Shown: positions 17,622-27,862 of the stretch, in pieces
Position numbering within the stretch: the stretch's first letter is position 1
Layout: each line of letters starts with the position of its first letter
Assembly (NCBI GenBank): GCA_026914155.1
Contig: JAPPGH010000039.1
Location: 63,351 to 127,350 of the forward strand
Reading direction: 5' to 3'
DNA from: Candidatus Palauibacter rhopaloidicola
GTDB taxonomy: Bacteria; Gemmatimonadota; Gemmatimonadetes; Palauibacterales; Palauibacteraceae
Length of the DNA stretch: 64,000 nt
Notes under the pieces: generated by a model
The model's database searches: none
Told to the model about the DNA's origin: nothing
The model's input: only the letters and a program-made list of their open reading frames with translations
Translations under genes and position numbers: made by a program

Positions 17622-19975
17622 CGGCCGACGTGATCGTTGTCCTCGCCATCGTCGCGGTGGCGGTCGTCCTCTTCGTCACGGAATGGGTCCGCTACGACGG
17701 CGTGGCGCTCATGGTGCTCCTGTCGCTGGCGATCTCCGGCGTCATCCCGATGGCCCGCGCCATCGAGGGGTTCGCCAACCCCGCGGTGGTCACGATCGCG
17801 GCCGTGCTCGTGCTCAGCGGCGGACTCTACAAGACGGGTGTCGCGAACGTCGTCGGCGCGCAGGTGTTGCGGCTCGCGGGGGATTCTCCCGTGCGGGTCA
17901 CGGCGCTGCTGATGCTCACGTCGGGGCTCATGTCGGGGGTGATGAACAACACGGCGGCGGTCGCGCTCCTGATCCCGGTCGTGATCGACATCTCCCGCCG
18001 TCTCGGCATGCGCCCGTCCCGGCTGCTGATCCCGCTTTCCTTCGCCGCGCTCCTCGGCGGCATGACGACCCTGATCGGAACGGGGCCGAACATCCTCCTC
18101 TCGAGCATACTCGAGCGCATGGGGCAGGGGGGATTCGGTTTCTTCGCCTTCACCCCCGTCGGCGCGACTGCGCTCACCCTCGGGGTCCTGTACGTGGTCC
18201 TCGCGGGGAGGCACTTCCTTCCGGACCGGTCCACCGGGGACGACGAAGGGGGCGACGAGATCGACCTCACCGGCCGCTACCATTTCGCCGAGTCGCTGCT
18301 CACGCTCCGGATTCCGTCCGACTCGGCACTCGACGGGTGCTCGCTCGTCGAGGCACGGCTCGGGCAGGCGCTCGGGTACGACCTCCTGGCCGTGCGCCGC
18401 AAAGGGCACCTCGTGCGGGCCCCGGAGCGGGACTTCCGGCTTCGAAGCGGCGACGTGCTCATCGTCGAAGGGCGGATCGAGGCGCTCGAACGCCTGCGCG
18501 CCTGGGGTCGCCTCGTCAGGCACAGGGAATCGGAAGACGCGCTGGGACGTCTCGTGAAGGACTCGACGGTGCTGGCCGAAGTCGAGATCGCCGGGAAGTC
18601 GGACCTCGTCGGCAGCACGGTTCAACGCATCGATTTCCGCAACCGTTTCCAGGCCCATGTCGTCGCCATCCGGCGCGGCGGACAGGTGCTGGCCGGCTCG
18701 TTCCAGACGGTGCAACTCGAGGCGGGGGACGCACTTCTCCTGCTCGGCCGCGAGGACCAACTCCAGCAACTCCGCTACGCGACGGAGTTCTCATCCGTCG
18801 GCTGGACGGACATCGGCTCCGCTACCGAGGAGTACGAACTGTACCGATGGTTGATGCGGCTCCACATCCCGGACGGGTCCTGGCTGGACGGGCGGACGCT
18901 CGCGGCCTCCCGTCTGCGGGGCGCCTTCGATCTCACGGTGCTGGAGATCGAGCGCGACGGCGGCGACATCGCCCTGCCGCACGCCTCGGAGAGGATGCGG
19001 GCGGGCGACCGCCTCATCGTCGAGGGGGCCCCGGCCTGCTTCGCCGTGCTGGAGGCGCTGCAGGAGCTGGTCACGGTGGATGAACGACCCTCCGTGGGCG
19101 AGCTGGAGTCGGAGGACGTCGGGTTCGCCGAGGTCACGCTGGCTCCGAGTTCCGACCTGGTGGGGAAGACGCTGCGCGAGGTCCTCTTCCGGGAGTCCTA
19201 CGGACTGAACCTCCTCTCGATCTTCCGCGGGGGACGGGCCTTTCACTCGAACCTCCGCATCTCGAGCATGGCGCTCGAGTTCGGGGACGCGCTCCTCGTC
19301 TACGGCAACCGGAAGAAGATCGCGCTGCTCGCCCGCGACCCGCGCTTCCTCGTCCTCCACGGACAGCTCCACGAGGTGTTCCGCGTCCACAAGGCGTGGA
19401 TCGCCAGTGGGGTCATGGTGGGGTTCATCCTTGCGGCCTCCCTGAACCTGCTCCCCGTGTACATCGCCGCGCTGCTCGGGGCGCTCCTGATGGTGTGTAC
19501 GGGGTGCGTGAAGGGGAACGAGGTCTACACCTTCGTCGAATGGCGGGTCGTCATGCTCCTTGGGGGGATGCTGGCGCTCGGTCTCGCGATGGAGGACTCC
19601 GGGACGGCGGAACTCATCGCCCGTGAAGTCGTGGGCCGGGCGGCGGAGATGGGACCGCGGGTGCTCATCGCGAGCCTCTTCCTCATCTGCGCGCTCGCGG
19701 CGCAGTTCGTCCCCACCTCGGCGGTGGCCGTGCTCGTCGCGCCGATCGCGCTCAGCGCCGCGACCGAACTGGATCTCTCGGCGCGGGCGCTGCTCATGGT
19801 CGTGGCGGTGGGCTCCTCGTGCGCCTTCCTGAGCCCCTTCGGCCACCCGGTGAACCTGCTCGTGATGGGCGTGGGCGGCTACAAGGTCGTGGACTACACG
19901 AAGGTCGGCGCGCCGCTCTTCCTGCTCATGCTGATGATGGTCGTCTTCTTCCTCCCCATCGTCTGGCCGCTGTAG
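17618..19975 (+). CDS. SLC13/DASS permease with multiple TrkA-C (RCK_C) domains
   Basis: MNNTAAVA, TLIGTGPN, FLSPFGHPVNLLV; four RCK_C-like repeats; GTGA overlap with upstream gene. Confidence 0.88.
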   Translation: MTADVIVVLAIVAVAVVLFVTEWVRYDGVALMVLLSLAISGVIPMARAIEGFANPAVVTIAAVLVLSGGLYKTGVANVVGAQVLRLAGDSPVRVTALLMLTSGLMSGVMNNTAAVALLIPVVIDISRRLGMRPSRLLIPLSFAALLGGMTTLIGTGPNILLSSILERMGQGGFGFFAFTPVGATALTLGVLYVVLAGRHFLPDRSTGDDEGGDEIDLTGRYHFAESLLTLRIPSDSALDGCSLVEARLGQALGYDLLAVRRKGHLVRAPERDFRLRSGDVLIVEGRIEALERLRAWGRLVRHRESEDALGRLVKDSTVLAEVEIAGKSDLVGSTVQRIDFRNRFQAHVVAIRRGGQVLAGSFQTVQLEAGDALLLLGREDQLQQLRYATEFSSVGWTDIGSATEEYELYRWLMRLHIPDGSWLDGRTLAASRLRGAFDLTVLEIERDGGDIALPHASERMRAGDRLIVEGAPACFAVLEALQELVTVDERPSVGELESEDVGFAEVTLAPSSDLVGKTLREVLFRESYGLNLLSIFRGGRAFHSNLRISSMALEFGDALLVYGNRKKIALLARDPRFLVLHGQLHEVFRVHKAWIASGVMVGFILAASLNLLPVYIAALLGALLMVCTGCVKGNEVYTFVEWRVVMLLGGMLALGLAMEDSGTAELIAREVVGRAAEMGPRVLIASLFLICALAAQFVPTSAVAVLVAPIALSAATELDLSARALLMVVAVGSSCAFLSPFGHPVNLLVMGVGGYKVVDYTKVGAPLFLLMLMMVVFFLPIVWPL

Positions 19976-20039
19976 GCAGGCGGGGGGCCGCGCGAGATGG
20001 AGCGCGCGAGATGGCCTGCCCGGGGTCGATCGGGCGTTT

Positions 20040-22034
20040 TCAGTCGAGGTGGGCGAGTTCGGTTTCGATGCGCTCCCAGGCGCCGATGAGTTCGTCGAGT
20101 TCGCTCTGCCGGGAGGCGCGTTCGGTTTCGAGCGTGCGGACGTCCTCGACGGGGGTGTCGGCGTAGAAGGCGGGGTCGGCGAAGACACCGTCGATTTCGG
20201 CGAGGCGCGTCTCGGCCGCCTGGATCCGCTTCGTAACGTCGTTCAGTTTCTTCCGTAGCGAGCCGCCCCGGTAGCGGTTCCGATTGCCCCGTGCGATGCC
20301 CGCGTCGGCGCCACGGCGTGGGTCTCTCCGGGCGGACAGGTTGCCGGCCGCGCGAGTCTCGGCTTCGGTGGCGCGGGCGGCGCGCTTCTCTCTCCGGGCC
20401 TTGAGGACGACGGTGTCGACATCGAGGTGGTCGTCCCCGCAGTAGTGGACGTACTCCTCGTAGCTTCCGCGGAAGTCGCGGATCCCATCCTCGGAGATCT
20501 CGACGATGCGGGTCGCGAGCTGCGAGACGAACCAGCGGTCGTGCGAGACGAGGATGAGCGTGCCGTCGTAGCTACGGAGGGCTTCGACCAGCGACTCGAT
20601 GGATTCGAGGTCGAGGTGGTTCGTGGGTTCGTCGAGGACGAGGACGTTGGGTCGCTCGATCGCCATCCGGCAGAAGACGAGGCGGGCGGCCTCGCCGCCG
20701 GAGAGGTTGCCGACCCGCTTCTTCGCGTCGTCGCCGGAGAAGAGCACGCGCCCCATCTCGCCGCGCACGAACCCGAGCGTCCGGCCGGCGCAGAAACCCG
20801 CGATCCAGTCCTCGGCCGTCTGCCCCGGCGAATCGAAGCGGGCCTCCTGGTCCTGCGCGAAATAGCTCGGGTGCGTTTCGTAGCCCCACGAGACGCGGCC
20901 GGCGTCGGATTCGAGTTCGCCCATGACGATCTTGAGCAGGGTGGATTTCCCGATCCCGTTGGGGCCCATGATCGCCATGCGGTCCCCGCGCTCGAGGGTG
21001 AGATCGACGCCGTGCAGGACCTCGTTCAGCTCTTCACCGTCCCCGAACGCCTTCTTCACGTCTTCGACGCCGAGAACGGTACGGCCGCTCGGACGGCGGG
21101 ACTCGAAGCGGAAGTTCGGATAGCGGCGCGAGGAGACGGGGAGCGGCTGCAGCGCCTCCGCCCGCTTCTCTATGAGACGCAGCTTGCTCTGGGCCTGCCG
21201 CGCCTTGCTCGCCTTGGCCCGGAAGCGGTCGACGAACTGTCGGTGGTGGGCGATCTCGCGCTCGCGGTTCGCGAGTTCCTTCTCCCGTCTCTCCTGGTCC
21301 TCCCTCTTTCGGATCAGATAGTCGTCATAGTTGCCCTTGTACGCGGTGACCGTCTCATAGTCGATGTCGAGAATGTGCGTGGCGATATTGTCGAGAAAAC
21401 GGTGGTCGTGGGAGATGACGACCATCGCTCCCTTGAACTCCCGCAGAAACTTCTCGAGCCAGCGGATGGAGAGGATGTCGAGGTGGTTCGTCGGCTCGTC
21501 GAGAAGGAGGACGTCGGGCGCGCCGGCGAGCGCCTGGGCGAGCAGCACGCGGAGCTTGAACCCGCCGGAGAGGGTGGAGAGCGGACGGCGGTGGATCTCG
21601 GTCGGGAAGCCGAGGCCCTCGAGGATCTCGCCCGCGCGGGCCTCGGCCGTGTAGCCGTCGTGGCGCTGGAAGGTTTCCTCGAGTTCGGAGAAGCGGTCGG
21701 CGTCGAAGTCTCCGTCTTCCGCCTCGATCAGCGCCTCCCGTTCGACCATGGCGCGCCACAGGTCCGGGTTCCCCATCAGGGTGGCGCCGAGGATCTCCTC
21801 CTCGTCGTGGAGGAAGTGGTCCTGGCGCAGGACGCCGACCTGGAGGCGCTTCGGGATGGTGACGGATCCCTCCGTCGCGTCCTCGGAGCCGCCGAGGATG
21901 TTGAGGAGCGTGGTCTTGCCGGATCCGTTCGCCCCCACGAGGCCGTAGCACTCGCCGGGGTTGAGGAGGAACGTCGCGTCGCGGAAGAGGACCTGGCCGC
22001 CGAACGCCTTTCCGAGGCCGGAGACGGTGATCAT
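20040..22034 (-). CDS. ABC-F family ATPase
   Basis: Two ABC cassettes (GANGSGKT/LSGG/LLDEPTNHLD; GPNGIGKS/LSGGE/LDEPTNHLD), no TM segments, C-terminal coiled coil. Confidence 0.92.
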   Translation of the reverse strand: MITVSGLGKAFGGQVLFRDATFLLNPGECYGLVGANGSGKTTLLNILGGSEDATEGSVTIPKRLQVGVLRQDHFLHDEEEILGATLMGNPDLWRAMVEREALIEAEDGDFDADRFSELEETFQRHDGYTAEARAGEILEGLGFPTEIHRRPLSTLSGGFKLRVLLAQALAGAPDVLLLDEPTNHLDILSIRWLEKFLREFKGAMVVISHDHRFLDNIATHILDIDYETVTAYKGNYDDYLIRKREDQERREKELANREREIAHHRQFVDRFRAKASKARQAQSKLRLIEKRAEALQPLPVSSRRYPNFRFESRRPSGRTVLGVEDVKKAFGDGEELNEVLHGVDLTLERGDRMAIMGPNGIGKSTLLKIVMGELESDAGRVSWGYETHPSYFAQDQEARFDSPGQTAEDWIAGFCAGRTLGFVRGEMGRVLFSGDDAKKRVGNLSGGEAARLVFCRMAIERPNVLVLDEPTNHLDLESIESLVEALRSYDGTLILVSHDRWFVSQLATRIVEISEDGIRDFRGSYEEYVHYCGDDHLDVDTVVLKARREKRAARATEAETRAAGNLSARRDPRRGADAGIARGNRNRYRGGSLRKKLNDVTKRIQAAETRLAEIDGVFADPAFYADTPVEDVRTLETERASRQSELDELIGAWERIETELAHLD

Positions 22035-22062
22035 GGCTGGAGTGGCGCGGGCGGGCTGTGGG

Positions 22063-23853
22063 TCAGCAGGACACGCAGTTGTGGTTGTTTTTCGAGCCGA
22101 GGCTCTCGAGCAGGGCGACGGCCTCGGGGAAGGGCTGGGTGCGCTGGTAGGGGCCGTTCGCCATGTCGGCGGTGGTCTGGCCGACGCGGCTCACGGCGGT
22201 CGGGTCCGCGCCGTGCTCGACGAGGAAGCGGATGACCTCGAGGTCGCCGCGCGAGGCCGCGTTGTGGAGCGGCGTGTAGCCCTCGTCGTCGCGCTGGTTC
22301 ACGTCGGCGCCGAGCTCCTCCACGAGATAGCGGATGGCCGGCAGCCAGCCGTCCGGGACGTAGCGGTGGGCGTTGCTGGGGAAGCCCTGGCCGTAGCCGA
22401 TGCCGGTCGCGGCGTGGATGGGGTAGTCGGCGGGGCCGCCCACGGGCACGGGAGGGACGCCGGACAGGTCGCGCTTCTCGCGGTCCCAGGCCGGGAGTCG
22501 GCGCGGGGGCACCTTGATCGTGGCGAGGTGGGGGTCGGCGCCGTACTCGACGAGAAGCTTCATCGCCTCCACGTCCAGCGAGTATGCGGCGCGCCAGAAG
22601 GGGGTCGCGCCCTTCAGGTCGATCTGCAGGAGGTCGAAGTTGTACGACACCCACCACAGGTGCTTCTCGAGACGCGCATTGGGATCCACCCCCGCGTCGA
22701 GCAGGCGGCGCATGACGTCGAGATAGCCGTGCCGCTGCTGCCCGTAGGCGTGCTGCTGCGGGTAGCGCGATTTCGGCGCCCAGTGGGCGTTGAGGGCGGC
22801 GAAGAGCGGCGTCGCGCCGGCGGCGGAGGCGAGTTGGGGATCGGCCCCGGCCTCCAACAATTCCATGGCGAGGTCGAAGTGGCCGTTGATCATCGCGATG
22901 AGCATGGGGCTCGTACGGTCGCCGCCGCTCACCTGGTCGATGTCCGCGCCGCCCCAGATGAGCGCGCGCACGGTGCCGGCGTGCCCTTCGCGTGCGGCGT
23001 GAAGCAGGGCCGTCATGCCGCCGTGGCCGCCGATCAGGTCGCCGTAGCCGAGCGGCTCGGGCTCCTCGATCGGGCGCTCGTAACCCTCTTCGTCCTCCAC
23101 GACAGGACGCGCGCCCGAGACTTCCGCGCCGGCGACCAGGGGCTTGTCGGACGGCGCGGGGCGCGGTGGCACCGGAGGTTCGGGCTCGCCGCGCATCCGC
23201 GCGCTGCGGGCGCGGCGGTCGGCCTGCGACCACTCGGTCACGGCCGTGATGTCGGTCACCCACGTCGCGAGGGCGGGATCCGCGCCGCCGTCGAGCAGCG
23301 CGCGCGCGGCGGCTTCCCGGCCGAGCGCCGCGGCGTACATGAGCGGCGTCTGGCCCCAGCGCGCCTCCCGGACGTCGGCGTCGCCGCCGTGCTCCAGGAG
23401 CAGGCGAACGGCGTCCGCGCTGCCCGCGGCGGCGGCGAGGTGCAGCGGGGTCGCGCCGCCTACGTCTTCGGTGGTCGCGGTCTGCTCCGCGCCGCCGTCG
23501 AGCAGGAGGCGCACGACCGGCGCGCTGCCGACTTCGCTCGCGAGGTGCAGCGGCGTGTAGGCGCCGATGCGGGTGATGGCGCCGACATCCGCGCCCGCCT
23601 CGAGCAGCAGCCCGGCCAGGTCGGCGCTGGCGGCGCGCGCCGCCCAGTGGAGCGCGGTCATGCCGTCGCCCTGCGGCGCGTTCACGTCCGCGCCATCGGA
23701 GAGGAGCGCCCGCACGGCGGCGAGATCGCCCGTCATCGCGGCGTCGGCGACCGGCGAATCGGGCGAGAGCGCGCCGCTCAGAAGTACCGCCAGCAGCGCG
23801 ACCGCCGGCGGCTTCATGGCCGCGGCCATCCGGCGGCGCCTGTCCCGCTTCAC
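22063..23853 (-). CDS. Secreted ankyrin-repeat protein with C-terminal CxxC
   Basis: Repeated G-x-T-P/A-L-H ankyrin motifs; signal peptide; ends NNHNCVSC. Confidence 0.88.
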   Translation of the reverse strand: MKRDRRRRMAAAMKPPAVALLAVLLSGALSPDSPVADAAMTGDLAAVRALLSDGADVNAPQGDGMTALHWAARAASADLAGLLLEAGADVGAITRIGAYTPLHLASEVGSAPVVRLLLDGGAEQTATTEDVGGATPLHLAAAAGSADAVRLLLEHGGDADVREARWGQTPLMYAAALGREAAARALLDGGADPALATWVTDITAVTEWSQADRRARSARMRGEPEPPVPPRPAPSDKPLVAGAEVSGARPVVEDEEGYERPIEEPEPLGYGDLIGGHGGMTALLHAAREGHAGTVRALIWGGADIDQVSGGDRTSPMLIAMINGHFDLAMELLEAGADPQLASAAGATPLFAALNAHWAPKSRYPQQHAYGQQRHGYLDVMRRLLDAGVDPNARLEKHLWWVSYNFDLLQIDLKGATPFWRAAYSLDVEAMKLLVEYGADPHLATIKVPPRRLPAWDREKRDLSGVPPVPVGGPADYPIHAATGIGYGQGFPSNAHRYVPDGWLPAIRYLVEELGADVNQRDDEGYTPLHNAASRGDLEVIRFLVEHGADPTAVSRVGQTTADMANGPYQRTQPFPEAVALLESLGSKNNHNCVSC

Positions 23854-25268
23854 GAGCCGGCCGCGCTCGTGTCGGGGGCGGCGAGCGACAGGGTGCCGGT
23901 GCTGTCCCCGAACTGCTCGATGTCCTCCAGCCCGAGCGTGTGCATGAGCGAGAGGAGCGCGTTGGCCATCGGCGTGCCCGGCGCGGCCCGCACGTGGAGC
24001 CCGCCGTCCAGCTTTCCGTTCGCGCCGCCGGCCACGAACAGGGGGCAGCGCTTGTGGTTGTGCACGTTGGGGTCGCCCATCGGCGAGCCGTAGATGACCA
24101 TGGTCTTCTCGAGCAGATCCGTCTCTCCGTCCATCGTGTTCCGCAGCCGCTCGAGCAGGTACGGGACCATCGACACGTGGAAGCGGTTGATCTGCGCGAA
24201 GTCGTCGATGTTCTCTTCGTCGGCGCCGTGGTGCGAGGCCGGGTGGAACGGCTTGTCGACGCCGCTCTCGGGGAACACGCGGGCCGACGAGTCGCGCCCC
24301 AGCTTGAATGAGAACACGCGCGTCATGTCGGACTCGAAGGCGAGCGCCTGGAGGTCGAACATCAACTGCACGTGCTCGACGAACGAGTCGGGCACGCCGG
24401 CCGGCGCCTCGGGAAGCGCCCGCTCCTCGCCGCTCCGGTTCTGCGTCTCCACGCGCTCGATGCGGCGCTCGATCTCCCGCACGTTGTCGAGGTAGCGGTC
24501 GAGCCGACGGACGTCGACGGGTCCCAGCTCCCGGCGGAGTTCACCGATGCGGCCCGCGATGAAGTCGAGCACGCTCCGGTTCGCCCGGCGGCGGGCGGCG
24601 CGTTCCTCCGCGCTCCCTCCGGCGCCGAACAACTGGTCGAACGCGACCCTCGGATCGCGGATCATGGGGAGCGGTTCGGTCGGTGACTTCCAGCTGATCG
24701 TGTCCGTGTAGACGCAGGCGTAGCCGTACGCGCAGCCCCCCGACTGGTCCACGTTCTCGATGCAGAGCTGCATGGAGGGGATCGGCGTGTCCTGCCCGAA
24801 GCGCTGGGCGTAGATCTGATCCATCGATGTCCCGGCGCGGATGTCCGAGCCTTCCGTCTGCCGCGGATGGGACTGGGTCAGGAAGGTCGCGCTGGAGCGG
24901 AAGTGGTCGCCGCCGATCTCCTTGGGGATCCGGGCCTCCGCCGCCTCGATATCGGTGTCGCTGATGATCGTGAGCCGGTCCCGGAACGGTTCGAGAGAAG
25001 CGAGCGCTCCGGTGCTGAGGTCGAAGTCACGGCCGGTCTGCAGCGGCGACCAGTAGCCGCGCGACGCGCCGTACGCGGTCGAGCCCGCGGCGCCGTGCAC
25101 CATCTCGATCGCGATCAGCCGCGTCGGATCCGCGGGACGGATCGATCCCCACAGCCGCCCGGCGGGGACCATGGCGTCCAGCATCGGAAGGGCCACCGTG
25201 GCCCCGACTCCCCGGAGGAAGGTGCGGCGCGGAATGTGCTTTCCCGTGATGATGTCCATCTGGATCAC
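23850..25268 (-). CDS. DUF1552-family TAT-signal protein
   Basis: IPRRTFLRGVGATVALPMLDAM, FHPASHH, GDSTG; canonical position after a DUF1592 gene. Confidence 0.82.
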   Translation of the reverse strand: MIQMDIITGKHIPRRTFLRGVGATVALPMLDAMVPAGRLWGSIRPADPTRLIAIEMVHGAAGSTAYGASRGYWSPLQTGRDFDLSTGALASLEPFRDRLTIISDTDIEAAEARIPKEIGGDHFRSSATFLTQSHPRQTEGSDIRAGTSMDQIYAQRFGQDTPIPSMQLCIENVDQSGGCAYGYACVYTDTISWKSPTEPLPMIRDPRVAFDQLFGAGGSAEERAARRRANRSVLDFIAGRIGELRRELGPVDVRRLDRYLDNVREIERRIERVETQNRSGEERALPEAPAGVPDSFVEHVQLMFDLQALAFESDMTRVFSFKLGRDSSARVFPESGVDKPFHPASHHGADEENIDDFAQINRFHVSMVPYLLERLRNTMDGETDLLEKTMVIYGSPMGDPNVHNHKRCPLFVAGGANGKLDGGLHVRAAPGTPMANALLSLMHTLGLEDIEQFGDSTGTLSLAAPDTSAAGS

Positions 25269-27766
25269 GTCCCCTGGTTGGTTCCGCCGTTGGTTGCCCG
25301 GTCGGTCCCGGTGCTTGAGCTGCCGGCCTCGTCCCCCTGTTCGACGATGGCGCCGCCACGGCTCATGAGGAAGGCCGGACTCTCTGCCACTCCGAGGATG
25401 AAGGCGGACATGCGGTAGTCCTCCGCCTCCGCCCGGCGCACGATACGGCGCACGGTCGGCATGTCGAAGTACTCGACGCGGCGCCCGAGCGCGTAGGCCA
25501 TGAGGCTTTCGGTAAAGGACCGCGCCAGCGACTCGCGCCGCGTGAGCAGGGCGGTCCGCAGGTCGGCCGGCCCCGCGAGCGGCGTCCCGTCATACAGATC
25601 GCCGCTGGGATCGACGGTGCGCCCCTGGTCGTTGATCCGGTACGCGCCCGTCACGTCGAAGTTCTCGAGCGCGAGGCCGAGCGGATCGATGACGCGGTGG
25701 CACGAGCGGCAGGCGGGGCTCGCGCGGTGCATCTCCAGTCGCTCGCGCACCGTCAGGAAGCGGCCCTCCTCGGCCTCGTCGATCGCCTCGAGGTCCGGCA
25801 CGTCCGGGGGCGGCGGGGGCGGCGGCGTCCCGAACAGGACCTCCATGATCCACTTGCCCCGCAGCACGGGCGAGGTCCGGTTCGCGTGCGAGGTCGAGGT
25901 GAGGATGCTCCCGTGCGCCAGCACGCCGCGGCGGATGTCGTCGGGATAGTCGACCTTCCGGAAGTGGGTTCCGGCCACGCCGGAGATACCGTAGTGCCGC
26001 GCGAGCCGCTCGTTGACGAAGGTGTAGTCCGCCGTCAGCAACTCGAAGAAGCTGCGGTCCTCGCGCACCAGGTGCTCGAACAGCAGCTCCGTCTCGCGGC
26101 GCATGTCGCGGGCGAGCTGCTCGTAGAAGTCGGGGAAGCGGAGCGCGTCCGGGTGAACGTTGTCGAGATCCTGCAGCCGCATCCACTGCGCGGCGAAACG
26201 CGTCGCGAGCCCCTCGGCGTTCGGGTGCGCGAGCATGCGGCGGACCTGGGCCTCCACGCCGGCCGCGTCGTCGAGCCCGCCCGTCCGGGCCGCCTCGATG
26301 AGCGCCTCGTCCGGCGGCATCCCCCACAGGAAGAAGGCGAGCCGGGAAGCGATATCGAGCGGCGCGATGCGGTACGGTCCCTCGGTCCCGGCCCCGGCGG
26401 GCGGTTCCTCGAAGCGGAAGATGAAGTCCGGGCTCGCGAGGATGCCCTGCAGCGCCGTCCGCACGCCGACCTCGAAGCCGTCCTCGAAGCCGCCATCCTC
26501 TGCCCCGGCATCGTACAGGGCGAGGAGCGGGTCGATGTCCGACGCGTCCACCGGCCGTCGGTAGGCCTGCGCCGCGAGCCGCTCCACGATCTCCCGCGCA
26601 CAGGGGCGCCCGGCAGCCTCATCCCCGGCTTCGGGCCGGCACGTCAGCACGCGCGCCCGGGTCGGCGTCTCCGACACGCCCGACACGCCGAAAGGCCCCC
26701 GGATCGTGAGGTCGCGGAGGTGGGCGACGACCGTGATCCCGTGCGAGTAGCCGATCTTCTTGTCCGCCAGGCTCCATTCGTGCGGCGACACCAGGTCTTC
26801 GATCGGCCCGTCGAAGCGCTTGATGAAGGCGGCGGACACGCGGTGCGGCCCCGCCGTCACGCGAATCGGCTCCGTCTCGACCTGAACGCCGTTCGGGTCC
26901 TGCCGGTGCATCCAGCGGTCGATGTCGATGAGCGCCCGCCGTTCCCCGTCCACGGAGAGTTCGACCTGCTCGTCGAAGGGCGTCGTCTGCCCGAAGAAGT
27001 TCCCGGTCGACTCGTGCTGGAAGGCGAGCCGGAAGACGTAGTCCCCGTCCGCGGTGAAGTTGTGCACGACGGAGATCCCGCCGCGCGTGCCGATCGGCGT
27101 GCCCGGCACGTGCTGCCGCTGCTCGGCGTACCGGGACACCTCATATTCCGTCTCGCTCGTCGTCACGGTCGGGTCGCCGAGCGCGAGCCGGCTGATCTCG
27201 CTCGCCGCGGTCAGGTATCCCTCGAGCAGCGTGGCGGAGAGGTTCTGAACGTCCGCGATGTTGTCGAAGCCCGCGCTGATGGTCTCGTTCGGCAGGTAGG
27301 CGGAGGCGTCGATGTCGAGCCCGAGGAGCGCCCGGATCGAACGCTCGTACTCCGCCCGGTTCAGGCGCTGGAAGGAGCGGAGGCCGGGGTCGGGGCGGTC
27401 GGCCGCCGCGGCATCGACCCGCACTTCGAGCGTTTCCGCGAGTTCGAGCAGATCTTCGGGCGGCGGGCGCCGGATCCCCGGCGGCGGCATCATCCCGGCC
27501 CGCAGCTTGCGGATCATCTTCTCCGCCGTCTCCGCCTCGAGGTGCGCCATCTCCACCTCGAACCGCTCCAGCGAGAGGTTCCCCAGCACCCGCGTGTCGT
27601 TGTGGCAGTTCGTGCAGACCTGGTTCACGATCGTCTGCGGGATCGTGTCCGGGATGAACTCGCGGGCCTGGGCGGGGAGAGGGGCGGAGAGGGACGAGCC
27701 GCCGGGAAGCGTGGAAATCAGCCCCCAAAGCGCGATGCAGGACAGCGCAATCGCGAGTCTCTTCAT
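25265..27766 (-). CDS. DUF1592/DUF1588 (PSD/PSCyt) cytochrome c-like protein
   Basis: CTNCH and CRSCH heme motifs; RLNRAEY, RTSPVLRGKWI, DPLGLALENFD. Confidence 0.85.
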   Translation of the reverse strand: MKRLAIALSCIALWGLISTLPGGSSLSAPLPAQAREFIPDTIPQTIVNQVCTNCHNDTRVLGNLSLERFEVEMAHLEAETAEKMIRKLRAGMMPPPGIRRPPPEDLLELAETLEVRVDAAAADRPDPGLRSFQRLNRAEYERSIRALLGLDIDASAYLPNETISAGFDNIADVQNLSATLLEGYLTAASEISRLALGDPTVTTSETEYEVSRYAEQRQHVPGTPIGTRGGISVVHNFTADGDYVFRLAFQHESTGNFFGQTTPFDEQVELSVDGERRALIDIDRWMHRQDPNGVQVETEPIRVTAGPHRVSAAFIKRFDGPIEDLVSPHEWSLADKKIGYSHGITVVAHLRDLTIRGPFGVSGVSETPTRARVLTCRPEAGDEAAGRPCAREIVERLAAQAYRRPVDASDIDPLLALYDAGAEDGGFEDGFEVGVRTALQGILASPDFIFRFEEPPAGAGTEGPYRIAPLDIASRLAFFLWGMPPDEALIEAARTGGLDDAAGVEAQVRRMLAHPNAEGLATRFAAQWMRLQDLDNVHPDALRFPDFYEQLARDMRRETELLFEHLVREDRSFFELLTADYTFVNERLARHYGISGVAGTHFRKVDYPDDIRRGVLAHGSILTSTSHANRTSPVLRGKWIMEVLFGTPPPPPPPDVPDLEAIDEAEEGRFLTVRERLEMHRASPACRSCHRVIDPLGLALENFDVTGAYRINDQGRTVDPSGDLYDGTPLAGPADLRTALLTRRESLARSFTESLMAYALGRRVEYFDMPTVRRIVRRAEAEDYRMSAFILGVAESPAFLMSRGGAIVEQGDEAGSSSTGTDRATNGGTNQGT

Positions 27767-27862
27767 GGAATCGCTCGTCCTCCGCGACCGGCGGTGCGAT
27801 CTGGCTCCTCGAACCTTCTCCTGCCTAACCCTTCAATATAGGGACGCCGACTCGATTTCGCC

